Positions 49,389-58,779 of a DNA stretch of 64,000 nt are shown piece after piece (positions within the stretch are counted from its first letter, which is position 1; each line of letters opens with the position of its first letter). Made by a program: the position numbers and the translations under genes. The stretch lies in IMG/VR virus record IMGVR_UViG_3300042894_003945, positions 1 through 64,000 of that record, one strand, 5' to 3'. This DNA is from a virus. The notes under the pieces were generated by a model. That model was given only the letters and a program-made list of their open reading frames with translations, ran no database searches and was not told the origin of the DNA.

Positions 49389-50051
49389 TTATAAATTAAA
49401 ACGTGATTTAGTTCCGTTGTAGTTTTGTGCTACTTCTGAGAAATTAAGGACGCGATTGTATACTTTATAGGAGTAGATTCTACAATTAAAAGTTGCTCCT
49501 AGTTGCCTATTATTTTGATATCTTAAAGTAGCACTATATGTTGTATTGGATATTAAAGAAGAATTTATATAAACTATTGTATTTTTTGTAGAATCATCAA
49601 ACGTTATAACTATATTATATGTACTATTTACAGTATGTCCTAAATTACTAAGGACTATATCTGTACCTCTATGATTTGCTATCAATATATTATTGCCACT
49701 ATTTGTATTATTATATCTACACAACATATTTTGATTAAATGATGCTAAAATATAATTGTATCTTTCTGTAGCTGTATTTGTATCAAAAGTTAAAGGAGAA
49801 TATGTAATATCTATTGTAAAAGTAGTTAAAGTTGGAGTAGAATGTAATATATAATCATCTATTCCATCAAGTACAAAATTTCCTCCATTAATAGAATTAA
49901 AAGCAGGTCCGTTAGTTAAAGAACCACTATTATTATTTCCTGATAGATCAGACCAAGTAGTTCCGCTACCAGGATACGACTTAGTATTCGCCGCATCCAG
50001 TGCTAGTACTAAACCATCAGTTACAATATTTGCTCCTCTGTAAAATCCCAT
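49389..50051 (-). CDS. LamG/concanavalin A-like lectin domain protein (paralogue 1)
   Basis: GLVLALDAANTKSYPGSGTTWSDLSGNNN, YNRVL..SEV.QNYN..KSRF. Confidence 0.88.
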   Translation of the reverse strand: MGFYRGANIVTDGLVLALDAANTKSYPGSGTTWSDLSGNNNSGSLTNGPAFNSINGGNFVLDGIDDYILHSTPTLTTFTIDITYSPLTFDTNTATERYNYILASFNQNMLCRYNNTNSGNNILIANHRGTDIVLSNLGHTVNSTYNIVITFDDSTKNTIVYINSSLISNTTYSATLRYQNNRQLGATFNCRIYSYKVYNRVLNFSEVAQNYNGTKSRFNL

Positions 50052-50052
50052 A

Positions 50053-53000
50053 TTATAACAATCTTACAAGTGATTTAATAGTCCATAGTGTGTTTGATGC
50101 AGATGCTTGTAACTGTACACTGTTAGAAGTCAACGCTGCCTGTAGTATTATACCTGAAGTACTTCCGTTTACATCTGCTGTGTAGTTTTCAAACCATTCT
50201 ATAGATCCTCCTCCCCAAGTAGAGTACAATGTACCAGCTCTAGCTATAGATCCGCTATACGCTACGTAGTCAAAGAATGCTGCTCTATATGAACCTGTAA
50301 GTTGACTGGCTATTACTTGGTAACCTCCTACAGCTGGTGCTGAAGATGTTGTGTTGAACTCCGCAAGTCCTAAATCAAACGAGCCTGATACTGATAATCC
50401 GTTAGTGAAATTACCGGAACCAGACACATCCAGACTAAATTGTGGATTGGGTTGGTTAATACCTATACGGCCATTTGCAGAACCTGAGAATGGATTTCCT
50501 GTTGTTGTTGAGTAGGAACCTGTTCCAAATATTAATCCACCTAAATTGATACTATCTTGTCTTCCACTATTTAATGTAATATTAGTACCAATAATGATAT
50601 TATTGGATTTAATACTTGAAGCAGCATCAGTAGCTACGTTATCTCCTACTCGATATCCGATTAATGTAGAAAAAGATGCACTCCTTGCAAAGAAGCCAGC
50701 TCTATATCCAAAAATGTTTGAGTTACTTGCGTTTGTTGCACCACCACCAGCAATATATCCAAAGAAATTTGAATTATTAGCGTTTGCTGCATTACTACCA
50801 GCACTATATCCAAAGAAATTTGAATTATCAGCGTTTGTTGAATTACCACCAGCAGAATTTCCAAAAAAGTTTGAGCTACTTGCGTTTGTTGAACTAGCAC
50901 CAGCACTAGTTCCTAAAAATATACTATTAGTAACACTATTATTAGTTCCAGCAGCAGGACTAACAGAACGTAATGTAGTTCCTGTTACTGTAATTGGAAA
51001 AGATGAACTAACAGCATTTTGAGCCCAACTAGCAGTTCCAAATAATGAACCTGTCAGACTGTTTATAGTTGCTGGACCTGTTACTGTAAAGCTTCCAGTT
51101 ATTTTTACACTACCTGTAAACTCATGATTATCTACAACGCTGTCTCCAAACACATTACTTCCGCTACTGTATATTACAGAAGATGATACTGTTTGGACTA
51201 CTAAAGTATTGGCTGTAATGTTTCCTGTGGAAGATATGTTACCTGTTACAGTAAGAGTACTACCATCAAATGTTAAGTTAGCCTCAGCATTCGCTGTATT
51301 AGTTGTACCCAATGAAGTAAGTACTCTGTTGTCAACAGCATTAGTTATAGTATTGAAGCCTGTTCCAGAAGTACCTGATGTACCTGCCGATCCACTAGTA
51401 CCTGCAGCACCAGAAGATCCTGCACTTCCTGATGTACCAGAAGAGCCCGAAGACCCACTAGTACCGGTAGAACCTGATGTACCGGAAGATCCTGTTGATC
51501 CGCTGCTACCAGAGGTTCCTGTACTTCCACTAGATCCGCTTGTACCTGTAGAACCAGAACTGCCAGATGTACCAGTGGAACCAGATGATCCTGTACTACC
51601 AGATGAACCGGAAGTACCAGTTGATCCGCTAGAACCTGAAGAACCGCTTGTTCCACTGTTACCAGAAGTTCCGTTTGCTCCATTTGCACCAGAAGTGCCA
51701 GAAGAGCCACTAGTTCCAGTAGATCCTGATGATCCGCTAGATCCTGTAGAGCCAGAGCTACCTGATGTACCTGTACTACCACTAGACCCGCTAGTTCCAG
51801 TAGATCCTGATGATCCGCTTGTACCAGTTGATCCTGATGAACCAGAAGAACCACCACTTCCAGAAGAACCTGATGTTCCAGTCGATCCACTAGACCCAGA
51901 AGATCCAGATGTACCAGAGGTGCCACTAGATCCTGCTGCAGCTACCCAAGTAGATCCGTTATATCTATAAATGTTATTATCTGCTGTATTGTAGTATAAC
52001 TGTCCAGCAGCCGTTCCTGTTGGGTTAGAAGCTGCCGTTGGGAGTCTGAAAGATCCTGTGATTCTTACGCTACCAGTGAAATCGTGAGTATCCACTACGC
52101 TATCACCAAATATGTTACTACCGCTGGTGTAAAGTACGGAAGACGTGACAGTTTGAACAATTAAAGTTTGTGCAGTTATTGTTCCTGCTACAGTAAAGTT
52201 AGTTGCGTAAGATGATGTTAGAGAGTTTATAGCCCAACTAGCAGTGCCATGTAATGAGGCAGATACAGCTGTTGCATTTACAGTTCCAGCTCCATTTATG
52301 TCATTACCGTTCATGGACAAATCCCCAGACATAGCCCTAGTACCGTCAACTAAAAGGTACTGGGGATGGTCATCTGATAATAGTCCTAATAAGTTTCCAT
52401 GTAAAGTAACTATTCCTGTTCTAGATGGAGATGCAAAACCAAGTCTAGGTCTTTCATCGATTATAGATTGAATGCTAGCACTGGCAGGAGTTACAACAAT
52501 AGAAGCAAATAAAGCAAACTGTTCTGTTACAAAACTTGGAGGTGTAGGAAGTGATCCTGCCTCTGCTGCTTCGAGATTGTCATAAAGGTCTTGACCATAA
52601 ACAAGGAAATATCTTGTTGTAGGAAGACCAATCATGTATAATGAGTGCTTAGCGTATTTTCCAGATGGTATTGCTTGCAATGTACCAAAACTAGCACTAT
52701 CATACAAAGCATTACTTGCAGTAGTTTGATTTGCTACTCTAGTAAATCCAGATCCACCTACTCCAGTACCTACTGATCCACTTCTATAAAGTGCATCAAA
52801 AGTTATAGGAGCTGCTCCTGTAGTAGTTATTCTATGTTCAGAGAAGAAATAAATTGCAGAAGTAACATCTAGGCTTCTAGGAGTGCCTCCTTCTGTAGTT
52901 ATGCCGCCGGATTGGAATATAGGTCCTAAAGCGTCTCTAAATAATCTATCTACATAGTTAGCATAGTGGTGTGCATCTAAAGGTGTTCTGTCTATATAAA

Positions 53001-56000
53001 CTATAGAAGTTGAGTCTGTAATAACTCTTCCTAAAGGAACATTAAATCTAGAGTTAGGTTCAGTTGCAGAAGATGTTAATATACCAGAGCCATTATAATA
53101 AACATATCTATCGGAGGATGTTGGTAATGTTATTTGTCTAGATGCTGCAGTTGTTCCTCTAGTGTTAATTTTATACAGGTTGTGGTTAGAATATCCGCCC
53201 GTACTCATTACATATCCTACAGATTCTGCTACTTGAACAGTTAATACACTAGCTGTTGTTAGCGCACCGCCATCAATAATACCCATTGTACTAGCAAAGG
53301 ATACTAGATCGCCAATTTCTGTTCTAACAGCTGATGGTTCTCTGACCCAATCAATGCCTCCATAAAGAATAACTGATGCAGTTCCTATTCCTGCACCTCC
53401 GCTAGGAATTAAACTTATATTTCCAGTTGGATTTGCAAATATACTAGCAGATACTGTTTGTGCGTTTAAAGATCCCCTAACTGTGAAATTATCAGCAGAG
53501 GATGCTGTTACTGCATGAGAAGCAGAAGTAGCATTTAAAGGAGTTCCGTTTATCCAAACTCCTCCATCATAAATTAATGCTTGCCCATTAGTTGGTGTTG
53601 TAATAGTTACATCAGATAAATCCTCTAATGTTTGAGCTACAGCTCCTCCACCAGATGATCCTCCTGCTATATTTCTAAATATACCGCCATCAATTATTCG
53701 GTTATTAGCTGTATCTGTTAAACTATTTGTTTGTCCTTTTAAAACTAAATATCCAATAAATAGCAATGAGTGAGCTGTAAATTCACCTTCAACAAATGAA
53801 TCTGTTGATAAGTATTGTAAGGCGTTTAATAAAGTAGTGTACGTATTTTGTCCATAATAAACAACAACTCTACCTGTTACTGGGTTTGCAAATACTCTTT
53901 GGATTTGCCATTCACTAGAAGCCATTGTGCTTAGTACCCCAGTACCGTCATCCCAGTAATCAGGATCTACTGTTGTATAAAAAGCACCTCCATTATTGTC
54001 TAAATAAATGCCAGATCCTGATCTCCAAGCTCTAGCAATAGATGCTGTTACAAATCCGGCTGCTTCATAATGAGAAACACTATTCGGGTCTTGATTGTAG
54101 AAACCTCCTAAAGTATAGGCTATACCACTCCCAAATCCAAAGCTTAAAGACCCTGTTTGTGGAGTAATTGAAAATCCGCTTACTTTAATAGGACCAAATG
54201 CCCTTATAAAGTCGTTTTGTTGTGTATCACAATCATAAGTAGTTTGAACGTTACTACCATAACCCGTAATAGATACATAGTTAGGGTGGGTAACTCTACC
54301 TAATGGTATTGCTTGTTCATACTGTGTTTGATTAAACCAACCAGTTTGTTGATATATAGTTCCTGTATTATCAACATATAGGTAGGTATTTTGGGAAGAC
54401 GTTATATACTGGGCAGATGCTGTATAATCATTCCAATTAACGTATGTTAGTATAGGATTGATTTCAGATCCACTAGAAGCGTTCATATTATTAATAATAC
54501 CGCTACCTTTCTTTACATAAATTATACTTCCGCTATATGAAATTCCACCTCCATATAAAATACCGCTAGATACACCACCTTCAAGCCACTTAAATTTAAT
54601 TAAGTTACCATCTTGACGGTAATATAAATCATATCCTGTAGCTGTATTTGATGCTGAAGTAAATAAATAAGATGCTGTAAAATTATTAGGTCCTGGGTCT
54701 TGACCTGGGTCTAATCTTAGGTGCCCTTGTAAAGTGAAGTTTGCACTAGCGTTAGCCGATCCAGATATAACTACACTACCTGATAATACAGTATTTCCTA
54801 TTAAGGTATTATTACCTATTTGAATAGTAGATCCGCTAGTTAACAGGCTTCCTGTAACAGTTTGAGTGCCTATAAACACATTACTTCCTATAGAAGTCAG
54901 ACTTCCAGACATGATAGTGCTACCAGTAACACTAAAAGTACTTCCACTATATACTAAATTAGAAGAAGCCGTAGCAGCATTTGCTGTGCCATCTGATAAT
55001 ACTACCCTACCTAATCCTGCGTTGCTTATGGTATTAAATCCAGTTCCAGAAGTACCTGATGATCCTGAAGATCCACTTGAGCCACTAGATCCCGAACTAC
55101 CGCTAGATCCTGATGAACCAGAAGTTCCAGAAGTGCCTGTGCTACCACTAGACCCACCTAAGCCCGAGCTACCACTACTTCCTGTTAAACCGGATGAGCC
55201 AGAACTTCCGCTAGATCCTGAGGTTCCAGATGATCCTGAAGTTCCAGTTGAACCAGAGCTTCCTGATGTTCCGGTAGAACCAGAAGATCCACTAGTGCCA
55301 GTAGAACCGCTACTTCCTGATGTCCCCGTACTACCGCTGCTTCCACTAGAACCAGAAGAACCCGCACTACCCGATGTACCAGTAGAACCGCTAGAACCAG
55401 ATGATCCACTAGTTCCTGATGATCCACTGCTTCCTGTAGTGCCGCTAGAACCAGATGATCCGCCAGTTCCTGATGAACCAGAGGTTCCAGTTGAACCAGA
55501 AGAACCTGAAGTTCCGGATGATCCAGAGCTTCCTGAAGTTCCTGTATAACCTGAGCTACCTGATGTACCAGTAGATCCTGATGAACCAGAAGTTCCAGAA
55601 GACCCGCTAGTGCCTGATGATCCGTTTTCCCCCGAAGTTCCTGAGGTTCCTGATGTGGCGGCTGCAAATGAAGTACCATTTATAGATAAAGATCCTGATA
55701 TACTGACAGATCCTGTAAATTCATGAGTGTTAGTAATTATGCTCCCAAAGTGAGTAGATCCTGTTACAAATTCTACACTAGAAGTTATAGTCTGTACTAT
55801 AAGAGTCTGTGCGCTAATAGTATCAGTTACTATAAGAGATCCTGTTATATTAGTGCTGCCAGATATATTAATTGTTCCATTTCCTGCTATTAATAATGCA
55901 GACGCTGTGGCTGCGTTTGTGGTGCCATCTGATAGTAAGACCCTTCCAATTACCGGATCATGTATTGTATTAAAGCCTGTTCCGGATGTTCCGGAGCTGC

Positions 56001-58413
56001 CGGACGATCCTGATGAACCGCTAGTTCCTGAATTGCCACTAGTTCCGGTTGAACCGCTACTGCCTGAAGTTCCTGTGCTACCAGAACTGCCGCTAGATCC
56101 TGTAGATCCAGATGAACCAGATGATCCACTAGTGCCAGATGTACCTGATTCACCAGATGAACCGCTAGTTCCAGAGCTGCCAGATTCACCTGCTGTACCA
56201 CTTGATCCACTCGTACCTGAGCTACCTGACTCACCTGAGGTGCCCGAAGAACCTGAAGTTCCCGATTCTCCACTTGTACCCGAACTGCCTGATGTACCTG
56301 AGGTTCCGCTTGAGCCACTAGTACCAGCCTCACCGCTTGTGCCTGATGAACCAGAAGATCCAGAAGTTCCGGCTTCACCTGAGGTTCCGCTTGAGCCACT
56401 AGTACCAGCCTCACCGCTTGTACCGCTAGACCCTGATGATCCACTTGTACCACTTGATCCGGAAGTTCCTGATTCTCCACTTGTACCTGAAGATCCTGTT
56501 GTGCCTGATGAACCTGAAGTTCCTGTAGAACCTGAAGTTCCACTTGAGCCACTAGTACCAGACTCTCCCGACGTGCCGCTAGATCCACTAGTGCCAGATT
56601 CTCCTGATGTTCCAGAAGAGCCTGATGTGCCAGAAGACCCGCTAGTGCCGCTAGAGCCAGAGGAACCTGATTCTCCACTTGTACCTGAAGAGCCTGATGA
56701 ACCTGATGTACCCGACTCACCTGATGTTCCAGATGATCCTGAGCTACCGTCTATACCAGACGATCCACTAGTACCTGACGTACCTGTAGATCCACTGCTT
56801 CCTGATGTTCCTGTAGAACCAGATGAACCTGAGGTACCTGAAGTTCCATCAGTGCCACTAGACCCTGAGGATCCACTTGTACCACTTGTACCACTAGTAG
56901 CCGCAGTAAATGAGGTTCCATTTATAATTAATGACCCTGTTATATCGACAGATCCTGTAAATTGGTGTGTATCGCTTAGTGCATCTCCAAATATGTTACT
57001 TCCACTACTATAAATTATAGATGAACTTATAGTCTGTACTACTAATGTTTGAGCAGTTATTGTTTCTGTGACAGTCAGAGACCCCGTTATAGCAGTATTT
57101 CCTGATATGTTAAAAGATCCATTAGAATATATTAAATTGGCAGATGCTGTAGCAGCATTTGTAGAGCCATCCGATAATAACACTCTGCCTTGAGCGGGGC
57201 TATCTATGGTATTAAATCCAGTTCCAGAAGTACCTGATGATCCTGAAGATCCACTTGAACCGGAAGTTCCAGAAGTTCCATTTGATCCATTAGAGCCAGA
57301 TACACCAGAAGATCCACTACTTCCCGTAGAGCCGCTTGATCCTGCTGAACCAGACTCACCTGAGCTGCCTGATGAACCAGAAGTTCCTGTAGAACCAGAA
57401 GATCCTGAAGTACCCGTACTACCTGAAGTACCAGATGAGCCAGACGTACCAGTTGAACCAGAGCTACCACTAGTGCCAGACGAACCAGAAGTTCCGGTTG
57501 AACCGCTACTGCCTGAAGTTCCTGTGCTACCAGATGAGCCAGAAGTGCCTGTAGAACCGCTAGAACCTGAAGTTCCATCTGAACCAGATGAGCCAGAAGT
57601 GCCTGAGCTTCCAGAGGAACCTGAAGTACCGGAAGTACCGGTTGAGCCCGAAGTACCTGAGCTTCCGCTTGAACCCGAAGTACCTGCGCTACCAGAAGAT
57701 CCTTCCATACCAGAAGTGCCAGACGAACCAGAGGTTCCTGTTGAACCCGATGAGCCTGTTGAACCTGAACTACCAGATGAACCAGAGGTTCCACTTGAAC
57801 CTGAAGTACCTGAGCTACCAGAAGTGCCTGTTGATCCAGACGTTCCGCTTGAACCACTAGTACCAGTTGAACCAGAGCTACCACTACTTCCACTAGAACC
57901 TGAAGTGCCACTTGTACCAGAGGTTCCAGAAGTGCCAGAAGTACCGCTAGTTCCTGATGTTGCAGTTGTAAATGAGGCGCCGTTTATAGATAAGGATCCA
58001 GTAATATTTACCGATCCTGTAAATTGGTGTGTATTAGTTAATTCTGTACCAAATATAGTAGATCCCGTAACAAATTCTGTACTAGATGTAATAACTTGGG
58101 CTACAATTGTTTGAGCTGTTAATGTACCTCTTACTGTAAAATTATCTGCTGAAGATGCTGTTAAAGCATTTATTGCCCAACTAGATGTACCATATAATGA
58201 TCCTGTTATACTACCATTTACAATTAATGAACCTGATATAGTTTGATTACCATCAAAATTATTTGATCCACTAATCTTAGCGCTGCCTGAAATTATATCT
58301 TCATAATCTATTGTATTCCACACACGGTATTGTGGATCATAGACTGGAACATGTCTATCACTAGGAGCATTTATATTAATTTCTACTGGTTTTCTACCGT
58401 TTAATTTAGACAT
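50053..58413 (-). CDS. Giant (2786 aa) modular fibre protein with four Gly-X-Y Ser/Thr tracts and YadA-like repeats
   Basis: Uninterrupted ORF; repeated TAQT..VQT.SSS...GS..FG....TH.FTGSV module; C-terminal 14-aa NA.NSNFFG..AG repeats. Confidence 0.85.
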   Translation of the reverse strand: MSKLNGRKPVEININAPSDRHVPVYDPQYRVWNTIDYEDIISGSAKISGSNNFDGNQTISGSLIVNGSITGSLYGTSSWAINALTASSADNFTVRGTLTAQTIVAQVITSSTEFVTGSTIFGTELTNTHQFTGSVNITGSLSINGASFTTATSGTSGTSGTSGTSGTSGTSGSSGSSGSSGSTGTSGSSGTSGSTGTSGSSGTSGSSGTSGSSGSSGSTGSSGSTGTSGSSGTSGMEGSSGSAGTSGSSGSSGTSGSTGTSGTSGSSGSSGTSGSSGSDGTSGSSGSTGTSGSSGSTGTSGSSGSTGTSGSSGTSGSSGSTGTSGSSGTSGSTGTSGSSGSTGTSGSSGSSGESGSAGSSGSTGSSGSSGVSGSNGSNGTSGTSGSSGSSGSSGTSGTGFNTIDSPAQGRVLLSDGSTNAATASANLIYSNGSFNISGNTAITGSLTVTETITAQTLVVQTISSSIIYSSGSNIFGDALSDTHQFTGSVDITGSLIINGTSFTAATSGTSGTSGSSGSSGTDGTSGTSGSSGSTGTSGSSGSTGTSGTSGSSGIDGSSGSSGTSGESGTSGSSGSSGTSGESGSSGSSGTSGSSGTSGSSGTSGESGTSGSSGTSGESGTSGSSGTSGSTGTSGSSGTTGSSGTSGESGTSGSSGTSGSSGSSGTSGEAGTSGSSGTSGEAGTSGSSGSSGTSGEAGTSGSSGTSGTSGSSGTSGESGTSGSSGTSGESGSSGTSGSSGTAGESGSSGTSGSSGESGTSGTSGSSGSSGSTGSSGSSGSTGTSGSSGSTGTSGNSGTSGSSGSSGSSGTSGTGFNTIHDPVIGRVLLSDGTTNAATASALLIAGNGTINISGSTNITGSLIVTDTISAQTLIVQTITSSVEFVTGSTHFGSIITNTHEFTGSVSISGSLSINGTSFAAATSGTSGTSGENGSSGTSGSSGTSGSSGSTGTSGSSGYTGTSGSSGSSGTSGSSGSTGTSGSSGTGGSSGSSGTTGSSGSSGTSGSSGSSGSTGTSGSAGSSGSSGSSGSTGTSGSSGSTGTSGSSGSTGTSGSSGSTGTSGSSGTSGSSGSSGSSGLTGSSGSSGLGGSSGSTGTSGTSGSSGSSGSSGSSGSSGSSGSSGTSGTGFNTISNAGLGRVVLSDGTANAATASSNLVYSGSTFSVTGSTIMSGSLTSIGSNVFIGTQTVTGSLLTSGSTIQIGNNTLIGNTVLSGSVVISGSANASANFTLQGHLRLDPGQDPGPNNFTASYLFTSASNTATGYDLYYRQDGNLIKFKWLEGGVSSGILYGGGISYSGSIIYVKKGSGIINNMNASSGSEINPILTYVNWNDYTASAQYITSSQNTYLYVDNTGTIYQQTGWFNQTQYEQAIPLGRVTHPNYVSITGYGSNVQTTYDCDTQQNDFIRAFGPIKVSGFSITPQTGSLSFGFGSGIAYTLGGFYNQDPNSVSHYEAAGFVTASIARAWRSGSGIYLDNNGGAFYTTVDPDYWDDGTGVLSTMASSEWQIQRVFANPVTGRVVVYYGQNTYTTLLNALQYLSTDSFVEGEFTAHSLLFIGYLVLKGQTNSLTDTANNRIIDGGIFRNIAGGSSGGGAVAQTLEDLSDVTITTPTNGQALIYDGGVWINGTPLNATSASHAVTASSADNFTVRGSLNAQTVSASIFANPTGNISLIPSGGAGIGTASVILYGGIDWVREPSAVRTEIGDLVSFASTMGIIDGGALTTASVLTVQVAESVGYVMSTGGYSNHNLYKINTRGTTAASRQITLPTSSDRYVYYNGSGILTSSATEPNSRFNVPLGRVITDSTSIVYIDRTPLDAHHYANYVDRLFRDALGPIFQSGGITTEGGTPRSLDVTSAIYFFSEHRITTTGAAPITFDALYRSGSVGTGVGGSGFTRVANQTTASNALYDSASFGTLQAIPSGKYAKHSLYMIGLPTTRYFLVYGQDLYDNLEAAEAGSLPTPPSFVTEQFALFASIVVTPASASIQSIIDERPRLGFASPSRTGIVTLHGNLLGLLSDDHPQYLLVDGTRAMSGDLSMNGNDINGAGTVNATAVSASLHGTASWAINSLTSSYATNFTVAGTITAQTLIVQTVTSSVLYTSGSNIFGDSVVDTHDFTGSVRITGSFRLPTAASNPTGTAAGQLYYNTADNNIYRYNGSTWVAAAGSSGTSGTSGSSGSSGSTGTSGSSGSGGSSGSSGSTGTSGSSGSTGTSGSSGSTGTSGSSGSTGSSGSSGSTGTSGSSGTSGANGANGTSGNSGTSGSSGSSGSTGTSGSSGSTGSSGSTGTSGSSGSTGTSGSSGSTGTSGSSGSTGSSGTSGSTGTSGSSGSSGTSGSAGSSGAAGTSGSAGTSGTSGTGFNTITNAVDNRVLTSLGTTNTANAEANLTFDGSTLTVTGNISSTGNITANTLVVQTVSSSVIYSSGSNVFGDSVVDNHEFTGSVKITGSFTVTGPATINSLTGSLFGTASWAQNAVSSSFPITVTGTTLRSVSPAAGTNNSVTNSIFLGTSAGASSTNASSSNFFGNSAGGNSTNADNSNFFGYSAGSNAANANNSNFFGYIAGGGATNASNSNIFGYRAGFFARSASFSTLIGYRVGDNVATDAASSIKSNNIIIGTNITLNSGRQDSINLGGLIFGTGSYSTTTGNPFSGSANGRIGINQPNPQFSLDVSGSGNFTNGLSVSGSFDLGLAEFNTTSSAPAVGGYQVIASQLTGSYRAAFFDYVAYSGSIARAGTLYSTWGGGSIEWFENYTADVNGSTSGIILQAALTSNSVQLQASASNTLWTIKSLVRLL
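50680..50920. repeat. 14-residue (42-nt) repeats resembling trimeric autotransporter (YadA head) beta-roll repeats
   Basis: NASSSNFFGNSAGG, NADNSNFFGYSAGS, NANNSNFFGYIAGG, NASNSNIFGYRAG. Confidence 0.75.
51355..51935. repeat. Coding Gly-X-Y repeat tract 4 of the giant fibre
   Basis: GSS/GST/GTS triplets; boundaries approximate. Confidence 0.9.
55040..57960. repeat. Coding Gly-X-Y repeat tracts 1-3 of the giant fibre (about 57210-57960, 55975-56900, 55040-55660), separated by repeated beta modules
   Basis: GSS/GST/GTS/GES triplets, each tract ending GTGFNTI. Confidence 0.9.
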
Positions 58414-58421
58414 GTCTTATA

Positions 58422-58769
58422 TTAGCTATTTGCGTTTTCAAGAACAGATAGTACAGCATGAAGCTTATCTGCTTGGTTTGTAGTGATATAAAAAGCATCG
58501 TTTTTTTCTAAAACTAATTTACCACTTAGTGGGTTTAAAGATTCAAATGGAGGTATATACCCATTATTTAATACTGTAAATAATTGTACACTACCGCTTT
58601 TTTGAACTTGTATACTTGCGCTTTGAATGCTACCTGTTGTTACATTAGTAATTTGACAAGAAAGTATAATAGTAGAAATATCTAAATTCTCTTGATATAT
58701 AAGATTACTACCACTAGCTAATGACACTGATACTAATCTAAATCTATTTAAAGGTAACTGATCTGCCAT
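58422..58769 (-). CDS. Small virion structural protein (beta-sandwich)
   Basis: IIL..Q..N, IP...SL....GKLVLE..D, SVLE pattern; between fibre genes. Confidence 0.65.
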   Translation of the reverse strand: MADQLPLNRFRLVSVSLASGSNLIYQENLDISTIILSCQITNVTTGSIQSASIQVQKSGSVQLFTVLNNGYIPPFESLNPLSGKLVLEKNDAFYITTNQADKLHAVLSVLENANS

Positions 58770-58779
58770 ATTCTATGTT

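Noticed and set aside
42069-57911. Alternative-frame minus-strand ORFs rich in L/V/Q/E within the fibre genes
   Set aside because: They are frame-shifted readings of low-complexity repeats that happen to lack stops, with no independent start signals.
42158-58114. Long plus-strand ORFs rich in PEVP/PLVP (42158..43126, 43658..44839, 51209..51970, 54866..55549, 55853..57013, 57206..58114)
   Set aside because: They are antisense shadows of the Gly-X-Y codons (GGN reads NCC/CCN on the other strand). They coincide with the repeat tracts and oppose the uniform gene orientation.
41572-58413. Possible CRISPR array or DGR in the repetitive region
   Set aside because: The repeats are in-frame coding triplets with no repeat-spacer structure. 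No reverse transcriptase and no adenine-specific TR/VR pair were seen.
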